DNA of 64,000 bases from an uncultured Chthonomonadaceae bacterium (GCA_963835065.1 CAWIEK010000019.1:1-64000), one strand, 5' to 3'. Shown: positions 28,756 through 40,301, counted from the stretch's first letter. Notes: a model not told the origin generated them from the sequence alone. Translations and numbers: made by a program.

Positions 28756-30158
28756 ACTATCAGGAACAGGCGCTGGCCTATCTGCGCGGCGAAATGAACG
28801 AGGGCGAGCGCGCGGCGTTTGAAGACGCGCTGTTTCAATCGGAAGAACTGCGAACCGAACTGGAAAGCAGTCGCGCCCTGCTCGACATGCTGGAAGCGGC
28901 CAGTCAGGAAAGCATTACCAAACTGGTCAACGCGCAGATACAACAGGCGATTCGTGACCGCGCCAGCGACATTCACATTCTGCCTGCCGGGGAAAGCCGG
29001 GACGGGCAGGCGGGCGGAAGCGCGGTGGTCAGCTACCGCATTGACGGACGCTTGCAGGAAGTGGGACGGCTGCCCGGCGAACAGTACCGCGCCCTTGTGG
29101 ATCGCTGGAAAGTAATGGCGGAAATGAACGTTGCCGAGCAGAAACTGCCGCAGGACGGGCGTATACTGTGCCGTTATGGGCAGAAAGAGTTTGATCTGCG
29201 CGTTTCCATCCTGCCGACCGTGACCGGGGAGCGGATTACCGCCCGGATTTTAGACAGATCGAATGTGTTTCGGGAGTTGGACACGCTTGGCATGGACGAG
29301 ACGACGCTTGGCGCGGTGAAGCGCCTGATGGAGCGCCCGCATGGGTATGTGATTTTGACGGGCGCGGCGGCAAGCGGCAAAACCACCCTCGCGTATGCCC
29401 TGTTGCGGTATGCGCGAACGATCAGCGCGCCCGCGTCCAATATCCTGACGGTGGAAGACCCCGTTGAGTACCAGATACCGGGCGTATCGCAGGTTCCCGT
29501 CAACCCCCGCTCCGGCCTGACGTATGCCGCCGCCCTGCGCTCCATGATGCGCTCGGACCCCGATATTCTGTATGTGGCGGAGTGTCGCAGCCAGGAAATC
29601 GCGGAACTGAGCATCGAAGCGGCGGTGACAGGCCATCTTGTGCTTTCCATTCTGCACGTTGGGGGCGCGGTGCAAACCGTGCAGCGACTGCGCGACATCG
29701 GTATCGTCAATCATCTGTTGGCAAGCAATCTCGCGGGCGCGATTGGAATGCGCCTTGTGCGGCGCGTCTGCCCCGACTGCTCCGCGCCCTACGTCCCTGC
29801 GGAACGCGACCTGTCCCGCGCCGGCCTGTCCCTGCTGGAAGACGGCCCGTTCCGGCGCGGAACCGGCTGCGACAACTGCCGTCAAACCATGTACCGGGGG
29901 CGGGTCGGCCTGTTTGAAGTGATGGAAGTCAACGAGGCATTACGTACCTTGATTGCCGAACATGCGATGCCGGATGTTCTCTGGCAGCAGGCGTTCGCAA
30001 CGGGCGGTTCCCTGTGGGACGACGCCCGCAACAAAATCCGGCAGGGCTTAATCACCGTTGAAGACGCGGCCTGGGCGCTGTTCGACTACGCGCAGCCCCG
30101 CCGAACCCCTTCCGCCGAACACACATTGGGCGGCATCCTTGATCTAACGGAGTTGTGA
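28752..30158 (+). CDS. Anti-sigma-like N-terminus fused to a GspE/PilB-family ATPase
   Basis: ASDIHI, YRIDG, PQDGR, GAAASGKTT, EDPVEY, SDPD, TGHLV, CPDC..CDNC; N-terminal LAYLRGEM..ERAAFEDAL. Confidence 0.88.
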   Translation: MNYQEQALAYLRGEMNEGERAAFEDALFQSEELRTELESSRALLDMLEAASQESITKLVNAQIQQAIRDRASDIHILPAGESRDGQAGGSAVVSYRIDGRLQEVGRLPGEQYRALVDRWKVMAEMNVAEQKLPQDGRILCRYGQKEFDLRVSILPTVTGERITARILDRSNVFRELDTLGMDETTLGAVKRLMERPHGYVILTGAAASGKTTLAYALLRYARTISAPASNILTVEDPVEYQIPGVSQVPVNPRSGLTYAAALRSMMRSDPDILYVAECRSQEIAELSIEAAVTGHLVLSILHVGGAVQTVQRLRDIGIVNHLLASNLAGAIGMRLVRRVCPDCSAPYVPAERDLSRAGLSLLEDGPFRRGTGCDNCRQTMYRGRVGLFEVMEVNEALRTLIAEHAMPDVLWQQAFATGGSLWDDARNKIRQGLITVEDAAWALFDYAQPRRTPSAEHTLGGILDLTEL

Positions 30159-30309
30159 ACCGCGTGAGGAAGAAAAGAAGAAAAGAAGAAAAGGAGAGGG
30201 GGAGAACCTAACCTCGATTTCTTCTCTCTGTGAAACCTCTGTGTCTCTGTGTCTCTAGCGAAGCGGGTGGTGAAAATTCTTTGCCGTTGTAGAAAAAAGG
30301 AGCAGGCGT

Positions 30310-31263
30310 ATGTGGCAGCGATTTACGGAACGGGCGCGGCGAATGGTGTTTTATGCGCAGGAGGAAGCGGGGCGTTTGGGCGAAAACTATGTCTCGACGG
30401 AACACCTGCTGCTTGGACTGTTGCGTGAAAATGACAGCGTAGCCGCGCGTCTTTTGGATCAAATGGGCGTGGCATTGCCAAGTTTGCGCGCTAAAATTGA
30501 GCAGGAAGTGACGCAGGGCGAAGGGCGGTTGGGGCAGGACATGCAGTTGACTCCCCGCTCCAAGCGCGTGATTGATCTGGCGTATGATGAAGCCAAGCAG
30601 CTTAACAACAACTATATCGGCACGGAGCATCTGCTGCTCGGCATGATCCGTGAAGAGGAGGGAGTGGCGGGGCGTATCCTGAAGGAAAGCGGCGTGACGC
30701 TGGAACAAACGCGGCAACTGCTGCGAACGCTTCAAACAGAAGCCGCAAGCAAACCCACGCAGGCGCAGAGCGGGCAGGAAGCAGGCGCTCCCCAGGGTGA
30801 CGCTGCCGACTCCCAACTGACCAGTTTCAAGGAAACGCTGGGCCGCCTTGCCGCCGAAGCGCAATCTCTAAAGTTGAAAATGCAGGGCAGGGAAGCGGGG
30901 ACGGCTTCGGATACAGCGCCACCCGCGATATTCGGCGGGGCGCGCGGCGACATCGGCATTCTGAAAAACGCGGATGAGCGCGGGGTTGTAGAGTTCGTGC
31001 CGTCCGAGTCCGATCTTGCCGCGTTTGAGGACGTAATGCGAATCAAGGACGAGTATGCGTACCGCGAACTGGTCACAAACGGCAAAATCCTGCTGCTGGA
31101 AGCGGGCACACAGGCCAAACTGCTCAAGCGCGGAACCGGCACAACGGACTACGTTCGCATCCTGAGCGGCAAACTGGCGGGCGAAGTTGGCTATGTTCTG
31201 CGAACGGTTCTGCAAGACCTCAAGCCCGATGACCGGCCCTTTCCGCCACCCGTCGCAGACTAG
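30310..31263 (+). CDS. Clp N-terminal (double Clp-repeat) domain protein with unknown C-terminal domain
   Basis: MWQRFTERARR..TEHLLLGL twice; no AAA+ motifs. Confidence 0.9.
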   Translation: MWQRFTERARRMVFYAQEEAGRLGENYVSTEHLLLGLLRENDSVAARLLDQMGVALPSLRAKIEQEVTQGEGRLGQDMQLTPRSKRVIDLAYDEAKQLNNNYIGTEHLLLGMIREEEGVAGRILKESGVTLEQTRQLLRTLQTEAASKPTQAQSGQEAGAPQGDAADSQLTSFKETLGRLAAEAQSLKLKMQGREAGTASDTAPPAIFGGARGDIGILKNADERGVVEFVPSESDLAAFEDVMRIKDEYAYRELVTNGKILLLEAGTQAKLLKRGTGTTDYVRILSGKLAGEVGYVLRTVLQDLKPDDRPFPPPVAD

Positions 31264-31350
31264 AAAAGGAGAAAAGGAGAAAAGGAGACAAAAACAATAG
31301 AGAACCGCCTCCTCTTCTCCTTTTCTCCCTTTCTCCTTTTCTTCCCCTCT

Positions 31351-33493
31351 TCACGCCGTTTGCAGCGCAATCTTCTCGCTCAGGCGGGCGCGGCGGGTGA
31401 ACATGGAGAGGAGTTGAACCTCTTCCTGCGAGAAGGCGCGGCGTTCCTGCGTGTAGATTTCGATCACGCCGACGGTTTGCCGCCCGGATTTCAGAGGAAC
31501 GGCCAGGTAGGAAGTCAGGCGGTCACGGTGCAGCCAGGCGTGGGCGCGGGAACGGGGATCGTCGTCGAGGTTGGGGAGGACGAGGGATTGGCCGCGCTTT
31601 GCCACCCATCCGGCCAGTCCGACGCCCAGAGGGATTTGGTCTTCCGGGGGAACGGTCGGGCGGAAATGGCTTGTCACTTGCAGGCGGAGGCTGTCGCCTT
31701 CCAGCCGGTAAATCGCGCAGCGATCCGCGCGCATGATTTCTACGGCTAAGTCGGCCATTAATTGCGGCAGGTTTTGGGCTTCCAGAGCGGAGCCGATGGC
31801 CTGCGCGACGCGGCGGAAATAGCGGCGCATTTCGTGCGATTTGGAACGCGCTTCCTGATACAGCATCGCGTTGACGACCGCGAACGCGGCTTGATTGGCA
31901 ATCGTGTACAGCAGTTCCATTTCGGCAACGGTGAACAAGCGGCGCTTGCTGCTCATGGCGTGGAGAACGCCGATTACGTCTTCCCCGACCTGCATGGGTA
32001 CGCACAGCGTGGACGCGATCCCCGCCTGGTCAATGGGCGCGCTGCGGTTGCGGGCGTCTGCGGGAACATCCGAAACGGCTGCCGGAGTCTGCCATTCGTA
32101 CACCCACCCCGCAATACCTTCCCCGATGCGCGGATGCGTGGCGGCAAACAGGGATTCGTCCACATGCCGCGACAGGCGCGTTATTAATCGCTCCTCTTCT
32201 TTGTCATACAGCAGCAGGGCGAATTTGTCCACTTTCAGCAGGTTCAAGACGCTTTCGGCAACGAAATTCAATACGCGATCCAGATGCAGGGTGGCGTTGA
32301 CGTGCTGCGATAGATCGTACAGCGCGGTCGCTTCTTCGGCCTGGCGCTGCGCGTCCTCGTACAGCCAGGCGTTTTCAATGGCGATACCGGCCTGCACTCC
32401 GACTGCGGACAACAGTTTCAAGTCATCCGTGTGGTAGGCGCGGCGTTGCAGGCTGGTGACAAGAATCAGGCCATGCGTTTCGTCGCGGCTGCGTATGGGC
32501 GCGATCATGGCGGAAAGGGCGTGGGCGCGTTCGGAAAACGGCTCAAAATCCTCGTCGGTATCAGTATCTTCGATCAGGCGGGGAACGCCGCTGTCCAGAA
32601 CGCGGGCATGAGCGCCCGAATCCACGCTGTACTGAATTTCGCGCTCGTCTTCGGTCAGGCCCCGCTCGGCCGCGATGAACAGGTGCGTTCGCTCGTCATT
32701 GAGCAAAAATAGAATGGCCGTATGGTGTTCCAGATGGGTGCAGATGGCGGCGAGAACGCTGTCCATCACTTCCTGCACGTTCAGACTGCCGGCAATGGTA
32801 TGCGCGGCGTCATACAGCACATCCAGTTCGCGGGACTGTTCGCGCGCCAGTCGCGCCGTGTGTTCCACTGTGCGCGACAGGCCGGCAAATTCCGCCAGCA
32901 GCGTCAGAATTTCCAGATCGTCCTGATCGAACATGGGGGAAGCGGGGAAGCGGGGGAAGAACGGCAGCAGGGGAGGAAGTCTCGGCGGTTTTGTTGGAAG
33001 CGGAAAGCGTGCCGACAATGCGGCCATTGCGGATCAGGGGCACGACGGCAGCCGAACGGGTTCCGGCCTGTTTGTCGTCGGGGGAGGCGATGAGATGCAG
33101 GGGCGCGGACAGCGAATCGGTAGTCCGCCGCTCCGCGCGACGGGCTGGAATTTCGGGCAGAGGTTCTCTGGCAAGGGCAAACAAATCGCCCGATTCATGA
33201 GCCGGGCGCGCATCAAGCAACACGGAACGCCCGGTAGAAATCACGGGTTCGGAAAGCGAATCATTCAAGCGTATGCGCAGACCGACGATCAGGGCGGCGT
33301 TTTCGCCGGCTGCAGCGACAAAATCGAGCATATCGCCTTCGGGGGCAAGCAGGCAAAGGGCCGCGCTGGCCGCATCGGTCAGGCGGCGCGCTTCTTCGAC
33401 GACAATCTGTTCCACGTCGCCCTGTGACAGGGGCGTGGTCAGGCTTTCGGTCAGGCGGCGAATGGCGGCGCGCTGTTGTGCCGCTCGGTTCAT
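31351..33493 (-). CDS. Multi-GAF domain protein (frameshift near 32980)
   Basis: Four tandem GAF-like units (e.g. GEGIAGWV, GVGLAGWVAKRG) across two overlapping ORFs. Confidence 0.85.
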
Positions 33494-33988
33494 AGGCGCG
33501 TTTCCCTCCTCCCTCTCATTTTAGACGATATGCGCAATCGTGTCAAGCGTCTATAGAGTAAAATAGGAGAATAGCCGCGAATGAACGCGAATAAACGCGA
33601 ATGGACTTTCCCTGCTGCGGAATCAGGCGTACAGACGCGCCTATTTAAGTGTGCAGTAAGGTTGTTGAGCAGTGGGCGGTGAAACGCGATACAATTTGGA
33701 GGACTTAAGGACAAAGCAGATAAACACGATACTGCCACGTTCAACGCGGATTATAAAAATCCGGTTATTAGGCCTTCGGCCAATTGTCCTACGGACACAA
33801 GATTGTGCAAAGTTCAAGGGGTTTGTTTATTATCTCTGTGACCCCTCTGTGTCTCTGTGTCTCTGTGGTGAACTTGTATTCGCGTTCATTCGCGTTCATT
33901 CGCGGCTAATTCTTCCTGATTTTCTTTAGCAGTTGCGCGGATGTGAGGGGTGACGGGATGCCACAGATGGGGTAAAACGCAGTCAGAT

Positions 33989-35703
33989 ATGCCGAACCGC
34001 AACGGCACGGACGCCGGAAGGCGAGCTGAAACGCCATCTGGCAAATTTAGGGTTGGACAAGGCGGAAGCGTACCGGAATTGGTGTCGCGCGCAGGGTTTC
34101 AGCGCGAACCTGAACAAAACGTGGCAGGAGCGGCGCGCGGAAGTGCAGGCGGCGCAAAAACAAGCGGCCGGGATGCGGAACGGGGCGAATTGGCGCGGCA
34201 TTGGCAGGCATTGGGATTTGGGGAGGAAGGCGCGTATCTGGAATGGAGCCGTGCGCATGGGTTTGGCGGGAGCGAGCGTAAATCCGCAAAGCAGAAGCGC
34301 ATGGAGAAGGAAAAGCGCGAATTGGAAACCGCGCAAATTGCCCTGAGCCATTCGCGGCAACAGGCGCGCAGACCGGAAAACGCGATTACGCGCCTGTACC
34401 ACGATCCACAGGAAGCCGAGCACGTGAAAACGCCGTACCTGCACAAGATTGGCGAGTTGTTTGCCGGGGAAGTGGACAACGACGTTCGGGACGCGCTGCT
34501 GAAATTGCTATTGCGCGTCCAAGCAGGCGGGCGCTTGTTCGGACTGGAACCCGTAATCGCCGATTTGGGGCACAATCCGGGCAACACGTTTCTGGACGGC
34601 CTTCACGCTCTGGCGCGGCGTCATGCCGATTGGCAGAACTCGCCGGAAGCATGGCAGCCGGACACCCACAACGCGCCCCGTCAATTCGGCGCATTGGCGC
34701 GGCATCTGCTGACACGATACGCGGTTCCCGGCTTTATGGATCGCGTATGGTTTGAGGGCGAGGGGAAACGGGCGGCGCGGCATCAGGATTGGTTTCTGCA
34801 TATCGGCAGGGGGCAAAACATCCGACCGCCGATCTGCCGTTTGCGCTGACGAAAATGGCGGCGCACCAGTTTCTACTGGCTCCCGATGATTTTTCCATCG
34901 AAGCCGCTTTGCGCTGGGGGCAAATTCGCGCGTTGGGCGGGGGTGAATAGCTGGTTCGCGCCGTGATCGCGACCCGGCTGGGGCACGATCTGGAAACCCT
35001 GCCCGACCAGGAGTTCTGGCAGTCCGTCATCCACTTTTTCGTCAACAATCCCATGCTGGACACGGACTGGATCGGCCCGATGGTGGATTTTATCTATGAC
35101 CGCAAGTTTGTGCCGCGCGAAGAAATAGGCCCGGACGGACAACTGACAATTTTGGAGCCGGCGGAGCCGACGTTCAGCATGAAGGGCCGCACAGCCGCGG
35201 CGTTGCAGTTTCGCGTGGAAGCGTGGCATCGGCAGCTTGCGAAAGACACGCGCAAGGGTTTTCGGCAGTGGGAGCCGTCGGGCATCGGGGCTTATGCGGG
35301 GTCGGCTCCCGACCCGAACACGGGCAAAGCGGTGCGCTGGCAGATCGTGGAACTGCTGGACAGCGCGGCCTTGAAAGCGGAGGGCAAAACCATGCACCAC
35401 TGCGTCGCCTCGTATGACCGCTCGTGCGCGCGGGGGCAAACATCCATCTGGTCCATGCGGATTGCAGGCGCGACAGAAGAAACCTATCGCAACGTGATGA
35501 CAATCGCCGTCAACAACGCTTCGCGCACAATAACGCAGGCAAAGGGACGGTGCAACAAAGGGCCGGGCGACAAACGCGCCGGTGACCGCCTGAACTATGC
35601 GCCCCTCCTCCTCAAACAATGGGCCGCGCAGGACAAACTACCGTGCCGAGTTATGTTTGACGGCGGTTTCTACCCTCATCAAAGAAGGAACCTATCCGCA
35701 TGA
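33989..35703 (+). pseudogene. PcfJ-like domain protein, disrupted (frameshifts and an in-frame TAG at 34948-34950)
   Basis: ALRWGQIRALGG, FSMKGRT, LKAEGKTMHHCVASY, SIWSM, ITQAKGRCN. Confidence 0.75.
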
Positions 35704-36491
35704 AACGACGACGCGGTTTGCTGTTGACGGCAGCGGTTGGGTTGACGCTGTGTACGGCATGTGGCGCATGGCTGACTGTGCAGCGACAGCAGTATGCCCG
35801 CAATCGCCAACTCATTGACGCGCTGACGCATGGCGACACCCGAACCGCGCTTGCCCTCGTCAACGCGGGAGCCGACCCGAATACGCAGGCTGAGCCCGTT
35901 CCCCCGCCCTCGTTCAAACTCCTGCTGGATCAACTGCTCCGCCGCAAAAATTCTCCCGTCAATACCAGTCCCACCGCGTTCGTGTGCGCCTGCGGCTTGA
36001 ATTGGAACCCGGCAACCGGCGCGGAAATGGATTGGCTCACTCTAGATGAAGATTTGCCCCTGCTGCAAGCGATGCTGGCGCATGGCGCAAACGTTCACGC
36101 CACAACACTCGACAACAACGCCCCGCTGCACTATGCCGTTGCCGAGGATCGGCGGCGCACGGTGGAACTGCTGTTAAAGCATGGCGCAAACCCCAATGCC
36201 CAAAACAGATGGGGCAAAACTCCGCTGATGTGGTCCGGCGCGAATATGACAATTGATGTGGCGCATATTCTGCTGGCGAACGGCGCAAACCCGAATATGC
36301 CGGATGCGAACGGAGACACTGCTCTATATTGTGCCGTCGAATATGACAATGCTAAAATTATGATGCCCGAACTGCTGGCGCATGGAGCCGACCCCAACCG
36401 GCGCGACAAATACGGCTCAACCCCGCTCATCATGGCGCAGACGGCGAATCGCCCTGATCTCGTACGCCTGCTAAAGCGCAGCGCGAGGTAA
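35700..36491 (+). CDS. Membrane-anchored ankyrin repeat protein
   Basis: Repeated LLxHGANPN / GKTPL / GDTAL motifs; N-terminal TM. Confidence 0.92.
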   Translation: MKRRRGLLLTAAVGLTLCTACGAWLTVQRQQYARNRQLIDALTHGDTRTALALVNAGADPNTQAEPVPPPSFKLLLDQLLRRKNSPVNTSPTAFVCACGLNWNPATGAEMDWLTLDEDLPLLQAMLAHGANVHATTLDNNAPLHYAVAEDRRRTVELLLKHGANPNAQNRWGKTPLMWSGANMTIDVAHILLANGANPNMPDANGDTALYCAVEYDNAKIMMPELLAHGADPNRRDKYGSTPLIMAQTANRPDLVRLLKRSAR

Positions 36492-36663
36492 AAAGCAACC
36501 CCTTCCCTGCCCCATTCTGCGCGTGAAAAAGCCGCGAATTCGTTGAAGACAATTTGACACGATAAGCGTAAAACCTTGTTATCGGATTTGTCTCTCCCAT
36601 ACAGCGAATCAGGGCTGTTCCGCCGTTCCTGCGGCTGAGAACGCGAGTGCAGAGGAGACCCCA

Positions 36664-38691
36664 TTGATTGAACAACGCGGTTTGGATACGGATGCGCAGG
36701 ACGCGCCGGAAATAGAAGCGGAGGAGCGGAAGCGGAAGCGGACGCCCTGCCCGAACATTTGCCGCTGCTCCATCGTCTGCGCCAGCGGCTTCTGGGCGAA
36801 GCGCTTTCCAGCGAACACATAGAGCATACGCTGCTTTCCAAGCTGATCGCGCTGCCAGTCTTTTCCTCAGACGCCATTTCTTCGGTCGCTTATGCCACGC
36901 AGGAGATCGTTCTGGTCATGGGCGCGGCGGGATTAGCGGCGGCGGCGGGCGGGGCGTATACCCATTACACGCTGCTCGTTTCCAGCCTGATTGTCGCCCT
37001 GCTTGTCATTGTCGTCACCTCCTACTGGCAGACCATCTTCGCATATCCAAGCGGGGGCGGCAGCTACATCGTTTCCAAAGAAAATCTCGGCACGAACTGG
37101 AGCCTGATTGCGGCAGGGCGCGCTGCTGATTGATTATGTGCTGACCGTTTCCGTTTCCATCGCGTCGGGCGTTCAAAACCTTGCCGGCGTTCCCTTTTTG
37201 ACGCGCTTTCACCCGGACAAGCACCTGGTTCCCATCTGCCTGTTTTTCATCGTGCTGTTGATTATTGCCAACCTGCGCGGATTGAAGGAGTCGGGGTCGC
37301 TGTTCGCCGTTCCAACGTATGTGTTTGTCGGCATGTGCTATCTGATGATCGGGCTGGGATTGTTCGGCGGGCTGATAAACTATCACAACCATCTGGAAGA
37401 AATCAACAACGTTGCCCGAAATATGCCGGAAGAATGGAAGAACGCGCAGCGCAATGTGGGCGCAGTCGGCGTATTGGTGCTGATGCGCGCGTTTGCCAAC
37501 GGCTGTTCTGCCATGACCGGAACCGAAGCCGTCAGCAACGGTATCCCCGCTTTTCAGGAACCCAAGTCCAAAAACGCCGCGCAAACCCTGCTGGCGATGG
37601 GCCTTATTTTGGGAACGCTGTTTATGGGCGTTTCCCTGCTCGCCACCCATCTGCATGTCGTGTATTACGACGGCGCTCCGGCTGTGATTGACCAGCTTTC
37701 CGGCGCGGTGTTCGGCAAAACCGGCGGCATGAGCATTTTGTACCTGATTACGCAGTTCTTTACCGCCGCCATTCTGGTGCTTGCCGCCAATACCAGTTTC
37801 GCCGACTTTCCGCGCCTGTCGTCCATTCTGGCGCGCGACAGTTTCCTGCCCAAGCAGTTCCATAAATTAGGAGACCGCCTCGTTTTTAGCAACGGCATTA
37901 TGATTTTGGGCGTATTCGCGGGTGTGCTGCTTGTGGTCAAGCGGGGCAATGTGGACGCGCTAATTCCCCTTTACGCAACGGGCGTGTTCACGGCCTTCAC
38001 GCTGTCGCAGGCGGGCATGGTGCATCACTGGCTCAAACTCAAGGCCGACCCGGAAGCGGGCAAGGGCTGGCAATGGCGCATGGCGGTCAATGGCCTGGGC
38101 GCGGCTGTCACCTTCATCGTCTTGTGTACGATCCTGATTGAGAAGTTCCGGGAGGGCGCGTGGATCAGCGTCCTGCTGACGGGCCTGCTGTTTTTCATGT
38201 TCAAGAAAATCCATCAGCACTATACGGATGTGGTGGAAGAAGACAAACTTGTTGCGCCGGACCCCGACCCGCCCTCCCAAAACACCGTCTTGGTGCTGGT
38301 TGGAACGCTGCATCAGGGTTCGATACGCGCGCTGGAATATGGCAAACTGCTGGCTCCCGATTGCCGCGCCGTGCATGTGGACACGGAACCCGAAGCGAGT
38401 AAAAAACTTCAGGAGCAGTGGCCGACATTGGGGCAGGGCATGCCGCTCGTGATTCTGCCCTCGCCCTACCGTCAGGTGGCGCGGCCCGTGAAGCGCTACG
38501 TGACCCAGGTTCACAAAGAACATGACAACGATTACGTGACCCTCATCATTCCCGAAGCCGTGACCGAAAAAGGCTGGCAGCAGCTTCTGCACGGGCAAAT
38601 CGGCCTGCGCCTGAAGCTGGCGTTCCTGAACCGCTCGGACGTAATCATTTCCAACGTGCGTTACCGTCTACAGCCGCCCCGCAAAAGGTGA
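36664..38691 (+). CDS. APC-family K+ transporter, KimA/YdaO-like (frameshifted)
   Basis: SSDAISSVAYA, AYPSGGGSY, MTGTEAVSNG, NTSFADFPRL, SPYR. Confidence 0.9.
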
Positions 38692-38873
38692 CAGCCCATG
38701 CCTTCATAGAATAGACCTCTTTCATAAGTCTGTTGGATGCGATAAGGCTTGCCGCGCTTGCAAGGACTTATGAAAGAGGCCCAATATAGCAGTTGTCTGT
38801 CATGTGCTGCCGCTCATCCATCCTTGCTGTCAGGGTATACTACGTTTATTACAGGCAGGTGAGGAGAACGAGA

Positions 38874-39110
38874 ATGGCAGGGACAACGGTTGAAGAACGC
38901 TTGGCGACAGTAGAACAAGAACTTGCGCGGCTCAAACAGCAGTTGGCGACGGACAAACCACAAACGGCAACACCCTGGTGGAAGAAAATCGTCGGCGTCT
39001 ATAAGAATGACCCGGAGTTCGACGCGGCAGAGCGGCTTGGGCGGGAGTACCGCGAGGCGTTGCGCCCACAAGAGGATGAGGAATCGGGTTATGTGGAAGA
39101 AATATTGTGA
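38874..39110 (+). CDS. Small coiled-coil antitoxin-like protein
   Basis: VEERLATVEQELARLK..PWWKKIVGVYKNDPEFD..GREYRE directly before a vapC remnant; 3' end lies in the C-free tract. Confidence 0.75.
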   Translation: MAGTTVEERLATVEQELARLKQQLATDKPQTATPWWKKIVGVYKNDPEFDAAERLGREYREALRPQEDEESGYVEEIL

Positions 39111-39456
39111 ATGTGATAATGTAAATTAGTTTATATTGTAAATGAGATTAGAATAAGTTGTGTGTGAAGAATTTGTTATTAATATAGAAAATGTAAGGAG
39201 TAAATGAGTGGATGGTTGGGTGAGAGGGTAAGAGAATAGTAGGAATAGATGTGAGGATATGGTGGTGAAGGAATAGAAAATTTGGGTATTAAATATAAAT
39301 TAGATGAAAGGGAGGATGAAGTAAGGAAGGAAAAAGAAGAAAATGGACTTGAAAATAGCCGCCATTACCCTCGCCAACAACGCCACCCTCCTCACTCGCA
39401 ATCTCGCTGACTTCAATAAAGTTCCCGGCCTCAAGGCCGAAGACTGGTCTGCCTGA
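39091..39456 (+). pseudogene. vapC: VapC/PIN toxin; 5' two-thirds corrupted, C-terminus intact
   Basis: 39343-39456 encodes [37 protein letters not shown]. Confidence 0.8.
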
Positions 39457-39577
39457 CGCAAACTCGAAACTGCCGGATGTGAGCGAGATATAGATATGTA
39501 TTGGTCTGGTGATGTAATGTGGCAGTTCACCCTTGCGCCATTTGCTGTAACGGCTTCAGAAACATAGAAAGGCTGCC

Positions 39578-40261
39578 ATGACACGGAAGAAACAGACACG
39601 CGGGCGCTGCGCGTACTGTCAGCGCGAAATGACGCGGGGAGGCATGTCGCGCCATCTGCCGGAATGTGCCGCGCGACAGCAGGCCATTGCCACTGCGGAA
39701 AGCGGAAAAGGCCGAACGCAACCGCTTTATCATCTTCAGGTGCAGGATGCGTGGGGCGGCGAGTATTGGCTGCACCTGGAAATGAACGGCCTGGCCCGAT
39801 TGCAGCAGTTGGACAGTTACCTGCGCGCCATCTGGCTGGAGTGCTGCGGCCATCTCAGTGCATTCTACCAGGATAAGCGCTATGGCGGCGAAGTTGCTAT
39901 GACGAAAACGGCGGAAACCGTTCTGCGCCCCGATATGCAGTTGGTGCACATCTACGATTTCGGCACGTCCTCGGAAACCGTTATCAAGGTCGTGGGCATG
40001 CGCAAGGGCAAGCCGACAACCCCGCATCCGATTGCGCTGATGGCGCGTAACGACACGCCGGAAGCCGCCTGCATGGAGTGCGGCAAACCCGCAACGCGGC
40101 AGTGCATCGAGTGCCTGTACGAAACGGAGGATTCGGGCGAGTTGTGCGACGAACACGCGGAAGAACACCCACATGACAATTACGGCGAACCCGTTCCCCT
40201 GGTAAACTCGCCGCGCATGGGCATGTGCGGCTACGATGGCCCTGCCGAGCCGCCCTACTGA
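39578..40261 (+). CDS. Cys-rich pRiA4b ORF-3-like protein
   Basis: LDSYLRAIWLECCGHLSAF, YDFGTSS, several CxxC, PLVNSPRMGMCGY. Confidence 0.75.
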   Translation: MTRKKQTRGRCAYCQREMTRGGMSRHLPECAARQQAIATAESGKGRTQPLYHLQVQDAWGGEYWLHLEMNGLARLQQLDSYLRAIWLECCGHLSAFYQDKRYGGEVAMTKTAETVLRPDMQLVHIYDFGTSSETVIKVVGMRKGKPTTPHPIALMARNDTPEAACMECGKPATRQCIECLYETEDSGELCDEHAEEHPHDNYGEPVPLVNSPRMGMCGYDGPAEPPY

Positions 40262-40301
40262 CGGCTTTCTTTTTCTGGTTCTGAATGGAGAAACCAAATT
40301 G

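Noticed and set aside
34948..34950. In-frame TAG as pyrrolysine
   Set aside because: The gene has several other lesions, it is not a known Pyl family, and no pyl genes are visible.
36590..36665. c-di-AMP (ydaO) riboswitch before the KimA-like gene
   Set aside because: Expected by context, but I cannot match the consensus elements; it needs an Infernal search.
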